Positions 15,414-23,562 of a stretch of 32,000 nt of DNA are shown one piece after another. The position numbers were made by a program, and so were the translations under genes. The notes below the pieces were generated by a model. It ran no database searches and had not been told where the DNA came from. It was given only the letters and a program-made list of their open reading frames with translations. Numbering within the stretch: position 1 is the stretch's first letter; each line of letters starts with the position of its first letter. The stretch spans positions 3,060,001 to 3,092,000 of the forward strand of contig CP104013.1 in assembly GCA_025839675.1 (NCBI GenBank). Reading direction: 5' to 3'. The stretch comes from Candidatus Lokiarchaeum ossiferum (GTDB lineage: Archaea > Asgardarchaeota > Lokiarchaeia > Sigyniarchaeales > Promethearchaeaceae).

Positions 15414-18400
15414 CTTCGATACTCGATGATGGAGGGTTTCTTCATTCAATTGTTTTTTTTCTTGTAATTCACCACAAATCTTCTTAAAATCTAACCAAAT
15501 AACTGTAGTTAGTTTGCTCCTAATTTTTGGATATAAATTCTCAATCACCTCATACATACATATTTGTTCCGCCATGGAATAAGTCTGGTATCTTTTTTTT
15601 GGTAGAAATAGAGGTATTTCTAGATAATCTTGATTATTTTTCGCTAGAAAGAATGGTTGTTTTCGAGAAATATTTAGAAGTTTACTAATGTCCTTTTCAT
15701 AATAAATATCATATGGGATAATGGGAGTGATATAAAAGTCGAGATGATAAGATTCTAAGATTGAATAGAGTTTATCATATAAAATTTGTACATTTTCACG
15801 CAAATGCAAAAAAATAACCAATTTTTGAGCGTCATTCTGGGAATTTTTAGTATAAAGTATTTGTCCAGTGGGTAGTTGTTCTACCAAGGCTCGAATTTCT
15901 TTTTCTCTTGTTTGAGAATCCTCAATGATTAGGCACATAGTGAATGGATAGCCGATTATTTGCCAGAATTCCCATTTAAAAAACCGAGGTTGATACAAGA
16001 TATTATTGTTGAAAAGGAGTTGAACTTCAGTTTCAGAAAGATCTTGATTAGTTTGATATTTTTTGAGCATCGCTTTGAGATCCTCAGATAAAGTGTGAAA
16101 ACTATAGTCATAGTGAATCTCATGTGGATTGACAAAAAACTCAGCATCTTTTTTCTTCACTTTTTTTAATAGTAAATAATTCTGATACCGCCAATCCAGA
16201 GGATAGAGAGCATGTTCATTAAAAAAACGTCTTTCTTCAGTTAATTCATGAGAGTGTAAGCTAATTTGAAATTTTAATTTAATATTTTTAATCAATCGTT
16301 GAAAATTTGAGTTTTGATCATAATATATTTGTTCTGGAAGGTAATATTCTAAAATTAAAAACCCATTCTCATTCCCACCAAAATAATAGCAATTTTCAAG
16401 ACCAAGCATTAATAAACCCTTCAGTAATTCATCTTTCTGAAAAATAAGTGGATTGATTCCTCTATTAGGTGGTTTGATGAAGATAAATATTCTCTTCATT
16501 TTTGAGATTGGTGGATAAATTTTAAGATCTGAAAAGTAATATTGTGTAATCTCATTTAGATCATTTGAAAATTTTCCAACAATGGAGGAGTATATGTTAT
16601 TATTTAAAACACAGCGATTTAGGAATATTTTTTTAAAAATCGATTGGATCTTTGTACGATTTAAACCTAAGGTCTTGGAAAAACTATTCAATTGATTAAA
16701 ATAGTTTAAATTTTTGAATAAATAATTATAGTTAAATTTACTTTTAATAGAGCACTTTTGATTAAAATTTGTATTCAAATGCAGATTTTTGCTTGGTATT
16801 ATTCGAGTGACTCGTTTTTTTGCTTCGTTAATTAAAAAATCAAGATTAAAACTTTCTAAATTCCATTCTTGTTTATTGTAATTAAAAAAGGTAATCATGG
16901 AAGGATCGAATGCTTTTGAGAAGTTTCTGTAAAGAATTGACAAAGAATCAATGTTTTCTAACAAAAGTAACTTAGATATGATTAAAAAGGAAGATATGTT
17001 TGCAAATATACCTTTATGATGCATTATTTTTCTATATGGTAGAACTTGTTGAAATTTTATTGACACAAATAGGAGAAATACCTCATCGATCCAATCCAAT
17101 TTATATTTGCTTAAAATAAAAAATTTTATCACCTCCTTGTGTGAATTAAAAAATGAATTAATGGCCATTATCTTCGAATTTCTTAATAAATCATTGTATA
17201 TTAGAGAGATAAACTTGTTTTCAATGATTTGGAAAGAATGATTTTTGACTTGAGAAAAATTTCTTTTAATATCAGCTAAAGTTGGGAATAAGTCAATCTC
17301 TAAATCTAATTTTTCAATTGATTCTGTACTCGTAAATCCGAAAAATTCTATCAATTTGAGAAGCTTAATTTCATTCTTATTTTCATAGCTTTGATTTTTA
17401 TAATATTTGAAAATTTCATTCAATGAGGAAAACCGTTGAAAAACCTTATCTTGATTAAGATGGATGAAAGTTTTTTTCAATTGACTAAAATTTGGATAAT
17501 TTTTAATTAAAACAGGAAACTCACTCGTTTTAATGGTTAGTTTGATGAATTTCAAAAATTCTCTCATTGTTTTAAATTCTTGAAGTTTTGAAAGGAGCAT
17601 ACGTGAATTGAAGAATAGAAATAAATCTAAAGAATCAATTTCGATCTTGTCGGATAATTTACTGCCATTTGCATAAAAAAGTTCTGAATTATGTGAAATT
17701 TTCTGGTTAAATGAATTTTTTCTTTTTTCATTGATTTTGGAAAAATATTTTTTAGAATTAAAGGGAAAGATCGAAAGAATGTTTGTTTCACTTGAAATTT
17801 TTGAATTATAATTAATATTATAGTTCGCTTTTTTAATTTCTAATAAGTTATAACTAATTATGTATCCACTTTCCTTTAATGAATTAAGAAATTTCGCTAA
17901 AAAATTAAGAGAATTTCGAGGAAGGATGGAATAAAGGAATAAATCATATCCTTCCTTCCTAATAATATTAACGTATGGTATTTTATGGATAATTTTTTTT
18001 ATAAATTTATTCTGATCGATTCCATTAGCAAGAATTATGTTGACGTAGTAAATACCAAGATTGAGATTATTATATTGATTAACAACAAAATAATTTAAAA
18101 TCATACTTCCAGTGTAAATTTCAGAATTGGAGCCTTTCCTATTTAGAAGAAGATCCCTATTCGATTTATGGAGATTTTTCTTAATAAAGCCTAAATTGAT
18201 ATTTTTTCCGATATAATTTCCATAGGTATAAAATAACCCTTGAATAAAATCATGGGTACTGATATTCTCTGATAAAAATGGAATAAAAGTCTTAAAAACA
18301 ATTTCTAGAGATATATTTTGAAGAAAATTCTCGATAAATGAGAGATAAACCATCGAATTATTTATGATCCCTGAAAAATGATCCAAAATCTCTTGATAAA

Positions 18401-18719
18401 TTGGCTTTAATTCAAATAATTCATTGTTTTTAAAATGGAGAAGAAATATAAAAGAAATGATATTTCTGTTGTCTAAATATCTTTCATCCATGAAACTGAT
18501 AATAGAAGCAAATTCTACCAATTGAATATAATTGTCCTTGTAATTCGAATGAAGATGGATAGATTCACTCAATAATAACCCAAAGTTTTTTTGAAAATTA
18601 GAAATTTCATTAGGATCACTATGAAATAAAATATTTTTAAAAATGAAATTAGGAATTCTTTCGAATAGAAGCTCATATTTTGAGATATATTGAAGATATT
18701 TTTCGTATAAAATTCCCAT
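15399..18719 (-). CDS. Large (1106 aa) uncharacterized N/I/K/F/L-rich protein; possible array of degenerate wHTH + RAM-like modules
   Basis: A 3.3-kb frame free of stop codons in DNA that is visibly about three-quarters A+T, where TAA/TAG/TGA should be frequent, argues strongly for real coding. ATG at 18719. No Walker, nuclease or other catalytic motif recognised. Confidence 0.6.
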   Translation of the reverse strand: MGILYEKYLQYISKYELLFERIPNFIFKNILFHSDPNEISNFQKNFGLLLSESIHLHSNYKDNYIQLVEFASIISFMDERYLDNRNIISFIFLLHFKNNELFELKPIYQEILDHFSGIINNSMVYLSFIENFLQNISLEIVFKTFIPFLSENISTHDFIQGLFYTYGNYIGKNINLGFIKKNLHKSNRDLLLNRKGSNSEIYTGSMILNYFVVNQYNNLNLGIYYVNIILANGIDQNKFIKKIIHKIPYVNIIRKEGYDLFLYSILPRNSLNFLAKFLNSLKESGYIISYNLLEIKKANYNINYNSKISSETNILSIFPFNSKKYFSKINEKRKNSFNQKISHNSELFYANGSKLSDKIEIDSLDLFLFFNSRMLLSKLQEFKTMREFLKFIKLTIKTSEFPVLIKNYPNFSQLKKTFIHLNQDKVFQRFSSLNEIFKYYKNQSYENKNEIKLLKLIEFFGFTSTESIEKLDLEIDLFPTLADIKRNFSQVKNHSFQIIENKFISLIYNDLLRNSKIMAINSFFNSHKEVIKFFILSKYKLDWIDEVFLLFVSIKFQQVLPYRKIMHHKGIFANISSFLIISKLLLLENIDSLSILYRNFSKAFDPSMITFFNYNKQEWNLESFNLDFLINEAKKRVTRIIPSKNLHLNTNFNQKCSIKSKFNYNYLFKNLNYFNQLNSFSKTLGLNRTKIQSIFKKIFLNRCVLNNNIYSSIVGKFSNDLNEITQYYFSDLKIYPPISKMKRIFIFIKPPNRGINPLIFQKDELLKGLLMLGLENCYYFGGNENGFLILEYYLPEQIYYDQNSNFQRLIKNIKLKFQISLHSHELTEERRFFNEHALYPLDWRYQNYLLLKKVKKKDAEFFVNPHEIHYDYSFHTLSEDLKAMLKKYQTNQDLSETEVQLLFNNNILYQPRFFKWEFWQIIGYPFTMCLIIEDSQTREKEIRALVEQLPTGQILYTKNSQNDAQKLVIFLHLRENVQILYDKLYSILESYHLDFYITPIIPYDIYYEKDISKLLNISRKQPFFLAKNNQDYLEIPLFLPKKRYQTYSMAEQICMYEVIENLYPKIRSKLTTVIWLDFKKICGELQEKKQLNEETLHHRVSKLFKC

Positions 18720-18877
18720 TGACTGTTAATTACTGATTCATCTGGAAAGAAAAATCTTTCTATGAAAAATATATGATTTTAAAAATATTGACTTAATTAA
18801 TTAATGAGAAAAATGTATGAAAAAACCCTTATTACGATTAATTTTTTGCAGTTTTCCATTCGTGAGGTGAATGATAA

Positions 18878-18913
18878 ATGAATGTTCCAAACGATGTACA
18901 ACTCCCACAATAA
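18878..18913 (+). CDS. Candidate micro-ORF A, 11 aa (MNVPNDVQLPQ)
   Basis: GAGGTGA at 18864-18870, 7 nt upstream of the ATG. A paralogous copy lies at 19259. Differences between the copies are enriched for synonymous changes. Confidence 0.25.
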   Translation: MNVPNDVQLPQ

Positions 18914-18918
18914 AAAAA

Positions 18919-18984
18919 ATGTCCTTTAAAAACCAATTAGATCAAAAAATCTAAGAATGTCCTTTAAAAACCAAGTAGATCAAA
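18919..18984 (+). repeat. Two tandem direct repeats ATGTCCTTTAAAAACCAA(T/G)TAGATCAAA, period 38 bp
   Basis: Read directly: copies start at 18919 and 18957 and differ at one position over 28 nt. Confidence 0.85.
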
Positions 18985-19048
18985 TCTACTTTTTTTAAAG
19001 TTCATTTGGTTAAACTTGTTGAATAATGAAGGGGTATTGAAATCAATT

Positions 19049-19108
19049 TTAATATACGTATTCATATTTATAGAGATTTTGAAGATATTTTTCGTATAAA
19101 ATTCACGT
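19049..19108 (-). pseudogene. Decayed 5' fragment paralogous to the giant ORF N-terminus
   Basis: Minus strand reads ACG TGA ATT TTA TAC GAA AAA TAT CTT CAA AAT CTC TAT AAA TAT GAA ... TAA. The real gene reads ATG GGA ATT TTA TAC GAA AAA TAT CTT CAA TAT ATC TCA AAA TAT GAG. The start codon is lost (ATG>ACG), codon 2 is a stop (GGA>TGA), and 8 codons are identical. Confidence 0.55.
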
Positions 19109-19258
19109 TGACTGTTAATTACTGAATCGTTAAATTAAAAAAGTGTTTCGAAATATTTTGAGTTTATATACTCAAATCTAAAAAATATCTGAGAAAAATG
19201 CATAATCCTAATTGTCCGGAAAATAATCCTGTTTTCTAACTTTGAGGTGACATGTTAA

Positions 19259-19291
19259 ATGAAAATACCGAATGATGTATTTACTCCTTAA
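19259..19291 (+). CDS. Candidate micro-ORF B, 10 aa (MKIPNDVFTP)
   Basis: GAGGTGA at 19244-19250, 8 nt upstream of the ATG. Paralog of micro-ORF A. Confidence 0.25.
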   Translation: MKIPNDVFTP

Positions 19292-19583
19292 AAAATTAAC
19301 TAATTGATTTCCCATGCAATTTTGATGGAATAGATTTGATTAAATTGCTTGAAACTCAAATAGAATGAATTCTTTTCTTTTCAATATATCTTTATTTCAA
19401 ATTCAATATTCATTTATCGTCTTAAAATCAATTTTTTTCAATTATATGAAATGAATCATTTCTGTTCCCCCTTTTTTTTTACTAAATTACCTATCTTTTC
19501 TCTTTAGCTAAAAATTAGATCACATTTTTAATCGAATACAATATAAACAAAATTATTGCATTTTTACTCATGAGGTGATACCA

Positions 19584-20828
19584 ATGGTAGAAAAATTAAA
19601 ACTTGAAAAATCCGAACAATATTACAAAGAAGCTCTTGAAGTAATTCCAGGTGCCATTTTGGGAATACGTAGACCCTATAATTTTGTTGTAGGTGAATAT
19701 CCTATCTTTTTTGAAAGCGCTGATGGTGGAAAAGTGAAAGATGTTGATGGAAATGAATATATCGATATGCTTTGTGCATATGGACCTATTATCATAGGGC
19801 ATAAGGAAAAAGAGATTGATGATGCAGTTATTGCTCAGATACAGAATAAAGGATTCTGTTTCTCCCTTACCCAAGAAATCCAAAATAAACTGGCAAAAAA
19901 ACTTACCGAATTGATCCCATCATGTGAAAAAAGTGTGTTTGTGAAAACAGGATCAGACGCAACCACAACGGCAGTTAGAGTCGCACGAGGATATACAGAT
20001 CGAACAAAAATTTTGCGCTGTGGCTATCATGGATGGCATGATTGGTGTGTAGAAGTAAAGGGTGGAGTTCTCCCAAAGACTTATGAGGATGTAATCGAAT
20101 TTGAATATAACAATTTAGAGCAGGTAAAAGAATTATTTGAAAAGTATGGACCTGAAATAGCTGGAGTTATCATTACTCCAGTAGGACACCCTCTTGCACA
20201 TGAAGTAGAGATGCCAAAACAGGGATTTTTGGAAGGTATTCGAGAGATTACAGAAAAAAATGGAACTGTACTCATTTTTGATGAGATTCGGAGCGGATTT
20301 CGAGTGAATTTGGGCGGAGCCCAAAAAGAATTTGGAGTTACACCCGATATGTCCGTCTTTGGGAAAGCGATTGCCAATGGCTATCCTATTGGTGTGGTGG
20401 TAGGTAAAAGCGAATTTATGGATGTATTAGCAGACAAAGTGTTTTTAAGTTCCACATTCTTCCCAAACAGTTTGGCTCAAGTCGCTGCGCTGAAAACCAT
20501 TGAAATTATGGAACGAGATAAGATTTTGGATGTGATCAGAGAAAAAGGGACAAAATTCGGAGCTATGATTGAAAAAATCATCAAAGAAAGCGGAATTGCG
20601 TGTACTTTTTCCGGTGCTCCTTGGATGCCCTTTATCACCTTTGATCATGATCCTAACAAGTTATATAAGAAATTGCGGAATGAATTCTATACCCGTTTAA
20701 TCCGTCGAGGTGTTTTCCTCCAACCATATCATCATGGTTACATTGCTTACCGTCATTCCGAGGAGGATTTAGAATATGTGGCAAAAGTTATCAAAGAATC
20801 TCTAGAAGAATTAAAACAATTTCTATAA
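19584..20828 (+). CDS. Class III (HemL/GSA-aminomutase-like) PLP aminotransferase; candidate 3-aminobutyryl-CoA aminotransferase (Kat)
   Basis: 414 aa from the ATG at 19584 (GAGGTGA 5 nt upstream; the track start at 19575 is GTG). Motifs: GNEYIDM...GP.I.GH, TGSDATTTAVRVARGYT, LIFDEIRSGFRV, and FGKAIANGYPIG with the PLP lysine. The canonical HemL N-terminal GGVNSPVRAF is replaced by GAILGIRRPYNF. Confidence 0.85.
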   Translation: MVEKLKLEKSEQYYKEALEVIPGAILGIRRPYNFVVGEYPIFFESADGGKVKDVDGNEYIDMLCAYGPIIIGHKEKEIDDAVIAQIQNKGFCFSLTQEIQNKLAKKLTELIPSCEKSVFVKTGSDATTTAVRVARGYTDRTKILRCGYHGWHDWCVEVKGGVLPKTYEDVIEFEYNNLEQVKELFEKYGPEIAGVIITPVGHPLAHEVEMPKQGFLEGIREITEKNGTVLIFDEIRSGFRVNLGGAQKEFGVTPDMSVFGKAIANGYPIGVVVGKSEFMDVLADKVFLSSTFFPNSLAQVAALKTIEIMERDKILDVIREKGTKFGAMIEKIIKESGIACTFSGAPWMPFITFDHDPNKLYKKLRNEFYTRLIRRGVFLQPYHHGYIAYRHSEEDLEYVAKVIKESLEELKQFL

Positions 20829-20846
20829 TTTGTGTTGAGTTTCCAG

Positions 20847-20864
20847 TTTTTTACAATTTTTTTT
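20847..20864 (+). terminator. T6 + T8 tracts after the aminotransferase stop
   Basis: T-runs at 20847-20852 and 20857-20864, 19-36 nt after the stop codon (20826-20828). Confidence 0.35.
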
Positions 20865-20939
20865 AATAACAAAAACCAGTTCAAATCCTTTTCTAAGAAA
20901 GAAATATGTGTTTAATAAAAAGTCCATATTAGTAATCAT

Positions 20940-21761
20940 ATGGAAAAATTGATCATAACCGCAGCGATAAGCGGTGCAGAAGTGATGAAGGAACATAACC
21001 CAGCGGTTCCATACACAATTGAAGAAATTGGAAGAGAAGCAGAATCAGCCTATAAAGCGGGAGCAAGTATCATTCATTTACATGTGCGAAATGATGATGG
21101 AACTCCTACCCAAGATAAAGCACGATTTCAAGCTTGTATGGAGGAAATTCGAAAACGTTGCTCAGATGTTATAATCCAACCTTCGACCGGTGGGGCAGTA
21201 GGAATGACCGATGATGAACGTTTACAACCGACAGAGTTATCTCCAGAAATGGCCACCCTCGATTGTGGAACCTGTAATTTTGGAGGGGATGATATTTTTG
21301 TCAATTCAGAAAACACCATTAAAAATTTCGCCATAAAGATAAAAGAACGCGGAATCAAACCCGAATGCGAATGTTTTGAAAAGGGACATATTGACATGGC
21401 CATTAAAATGCACAAGAAAGGATTGATTGATGCCCCAATGCACTTTAATATGGTGTTAGGAGTTTCAGGAGCAATGAGTGCCACCCCTCGAGATTTGACG
21501 TTTATGGTAGATAGTATTCCTTTGGGCTCAACCTTCACTGTATGCGCGATGGGGCGATATCAAATGCAAATGGCCGCAATTTCAATAGTACTCGGCGGAC
21601 ATGTTCGAGTGGGTTTTGAGGACAATGTCTATATTTCTCGAGGAGTGCTCGCCAAATCAAATGGAGAATTGGTGGAAAAAGCAGTTAGAATTGCAAAAGA
21701 GTTAGGGCGAGAAATTGCAACTCCTGCCGAAACTCGAAAAATACTGGGATTAGTAAAGTAA
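20940..21761 (+). CDS. kce: 3-keto-5-aminohexanoate cleavage enzyme (BKACE/DUF849 family)
   Basis: 273 aa. N-terminus KLIITAAISGAE. HLH with His46/His48, plus GFED (Glu in VRVGFEDN), matches the Zn ligands I recall for Kce. TIM-barrel BKACE pattern throughout. Confidence 0.9.
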   Translation: MEKLIITAAISGAEVMKEHNPAVPYTIEEIGREAESAYKAGASIIHLHVRNDDGTPTQDKARFQACMEEIRKRCSDVIIQPSTGGAVGMTDDERLQPTELSPEMATLDCGTCNFGGDDIFVNSENTIKNFAIKIKERGIKPECECFEKGHIDMAIKMHKKGLIDAPMHFNMVLGVSGAMSATPRDLTFMVDSIPLGSTFTVCAMGRYQMQMAAISIVLGGHVRVGFEDNVYISRGVLAKSNGELVEKAVRIAKELGREIATPAETRKILGLVK

Positions 21762-21767
21762 AAAAAA

Positions 21768-23417
21768 TTATAAGATTTCAATTTTTTGGCGATTTTTTGA
21801 TGAATAAGACTTTTTCTTCTTATTCCCATTTCGATTCTTACGTCTTTTGGATTTAGCTAAATTAGTTGAACCACTCCGTTTTGGGGCTTCACTCACTTTT
21901 AAGGTAGAAGCTCGTTTAGGAGAAGAACTTCGTTTAGGAGCAACACTTACTTTTGGAGCATTTGAATTACTTGGAGGCGCCATTCCTTTTGGAGCATCAT
22001 TCTTTTTGTAAGCATCAGAGCGTTTCGACCCATTATTTCGTTTTGGAGCTTCGCTTCGCTTAGGATTACCACTTCGTTGTGAAAAACTCTTTCTCTTTGG
22101 GAAATTAGAAGGAGAGGATTTATTACGTCTCTGTTTAGACCCATTTCGGTTTTTGCGGCGATCAGATTTTGCTTTGTTGGGGGATTTTTTCGTATCAGGA
22201 GTGGTAAACCATTCTGGGACTTCAGGTTTTTCAATTTTAGGAAGCACTACTTTATTAGTTGGATCATCAACCGAACGACGTTCTATATCATACTTCAATA
22301 ATTTTTCAATTTTGAACATTAACTCCCGTTGATTCATGGCAACAATAGACACGGCTTTTCCATTGTCAACATTTTTCTCAATACCTGCAGTTCGGGCAGT
22401 TCTTCCAATTCGATGAACATAATCTTCTGGATCGCGAGGTAAATCATAGTTGAACACATGAGATACTTTTGGAAAATCCAAACCTCGGGCAAGGACATTA
22501 GTAGCAACTAAACAATTTAATTTATGTTCCCGGAATTTAGCGACTGTTTCTTCACGCTTTGCCTGTGTTAAATCACCGTGAATAAAACCCGCTTTAAGAT
22601 TAAAGTTAAGACCAAGCTCCGCATTCAATCTACGGCAAAGTTCTTGGGTTTTACGTTTAGTTTTAGTAAAGATTATGGAAAACTCAGGAAGTTCATTATT
22701 TAAGATTTTCACAAAATTCCAGAACTTATTTTTATCAACGTAATAAGCATATTGATCACAATTTTCGACAGTTAAGGAATCTTTACTCACATCAATTTCA
22801 TGAACAGTATCATTTTTCGTAAATTTATAAATCAATTTTTTAATTTCTTCCAACAATGTGGCCGAAAATAGGAATAATCGAGGTGAGACATTACGCATGG
22901 CATCCAACAATAGAAAGCGGATATCCGGGAAGAATCCCATATCAAGCATTCGATCTGCTTCATCCAACGCAACGAAGTTAACACATTTAAAATTCACTTC
23001 TCCTTGGCGGACTAAATCAATTAACCGTCCAGGAGTGGCAACTAATACTTGGCCCCCATTTTTAATTTGCTCGATTTGGAGACGAATCGAAGCTCCGCCA
23101 TACACTTCTACGATTTTGACTTTTTTATACGTGGTGATGGAACGGAACACTGAGGCATTTTGTTTGCATAATTCCCGAGTAGGAACTAAGATGACTGCTT
23201 GGATATGACGATTTTTCAAATCAATTTTTTCAATGATGGGGATCGCAAAGGCTAAAGTTTTCCCAGATCCTGTTTTTGCTTGACCTATAACATGGGATTT
23301 TCGTATAGAAAGCCCGTGGGGAATGCTTTTTTCTTGGATTTCGGTTGGAGAAGCAATGTGATTGTCTTCTAGCGCCCGAATAATTTTTGGACTAATGTCC
23401 ATTTCTTTAAATAACAT
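21768..23417 (-). CDS. DEAD-box ATP-dependent RNA helicase with a ~155-aa basic repeat-rich C-terminal tail
   Basis: Q-motif region (PTEIQ), motif I AKTGSGKT, PTRELC, DEAD (LDEADRMLD), SAT, ARGLD, HRIGRTAR. The tail is rich in K/R/S/N/P with APKR-type repeats. Confidence 0.92.
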   Translation of the reverse strand: MLFKEMDISPKIIRALEDNHIASPTEIQEKSIPHGLSIRKSHVIGQAKTGSGKTLAFAIPIIEKIDLKNRHIQAVILVPTRELCKQNASVFRSITTYKKVKIVEVYGGASIRLQIEQIKNGGQVLVATPGRLIDLVRQGEVNFKCVNFVALDEADRMLDMGFFPDIRFLLLDAMRNVSPRLFLFSATLLEEIKKLIYKFTKNDTVHEIDVSKDSLTVENCDQYAYYVDKNKFWNFVKILNNELPEFSIIFTKTKRKTQELCRRLNAELGLNFNLKAGFIHGDLTQAKREETVAKFREHKLNCLVATNVLARGLDFPKVSHVFNYDLPRDPEDYVHRIGRTARTAGIEKNVDNGKAVSIVAMNQRELMFKIEKLLKYDIERRSVDDPTNKVVLPKIEKPEVPEWFTTPDTKKSPNKAKSDRRKNRNGSKQRRNKSSPSNFPKRKSFSQRSGNPKRSEAPKRNNGSKRSDAYKKNDAPKGMAPPSNSNAPKVSVAPKRSSSPKRASTLKVSEAPKRSGSTNLAKSKRRKNRNGNKKKKSYSSKNRQKIEIL

Positions 23418-23544
23418 TAAATATACCTACTAAATTTACAAAAGGAATAAAAAAGCATTTTTTACACACACTGGAAATAAAAAAGCATTTTTTGGTGCTT
23501 ATGTAATTAATACAATTAATTAAGCATTGAATAATTAGTTTGTT

Positions 23545-23552
23545 AAAAAAAA
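23545..23552 (-). terminator. T8 tract 10 nt downstream of the CoA-transferase B-subunit stop
   Basis: A8 run on the + strand directly after the stop at 23563-23565. Confidence 0.35.
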
Positions 23553-23562
23553 GGAAAGAGTT

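Larger units (their letters stand above)
18673..19300. repeat. Segmental tandem duplication (offset ~389 bp): 5' end of the giant ORF + its upstream region + an SD-led micro-ORF
   Basis: Copy A at 18673-~18913 and copy B at 19062-~19291. Block 1 is near-identical: GAAGATATTTTTCGTATAAAATTC(C/A)C(A/G)TTGACTGTTAATTACTGA at 18692 and 19081. Block 2 is TGAGAAAAATG. Block 3 is TGAGGTGA-n7/8-ATGAA..CC.AA.GATGTA. Sequence between the blocks has diverged. Confidence 0.85.

Noticed and set aside
15399-18719. Giant ORF as a mobile-element gene (transposase, integrase) or a defence-system enzyme.
   Set aside because: I could recognise no DDE, tyrosine or serine recombinase, nuclease, ATPase or helicase motifs and no terminal inverted repeats. 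I report it as uncharacterised with only pattern-level domain hypotheses.
18804-18954. Other tiny ORFs in the duplicated spacer: MYEKTLITINFLQFSIREVNDK, MINECSKRCTTPTIKKMSFKNQLDQKI, MHNPNCPENNPVF, MSFKNQLDQKI, MSFKNQVDQIYFF.
   Set aside because: They are not conserved at the peptide level between the two duplicate copies, or they lack an SD at a workable distance. Only the MNVPNDV/MKIPNDV pair shows coding-like conservation.
18919-18984. Possible miniature CRISPR array (repeated ~28-nt unit).
   Set aside because: There are only two copies, the intervening sequence is just ~10 nt, there are no cas genes in the window, and the repeats are AT-rich with no palindromic core.
19575-20828. Aminotransferase as the haem-pathway glutamate-1-semialdehyde aminomutase HemL.
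   Set aside because: The HemL-specific N-terminal GGVNSPVRAF motif is not conserved, and the gene sits next to kce within a lysine-fermentation neighbourhood. I keep it as HemL-like only.
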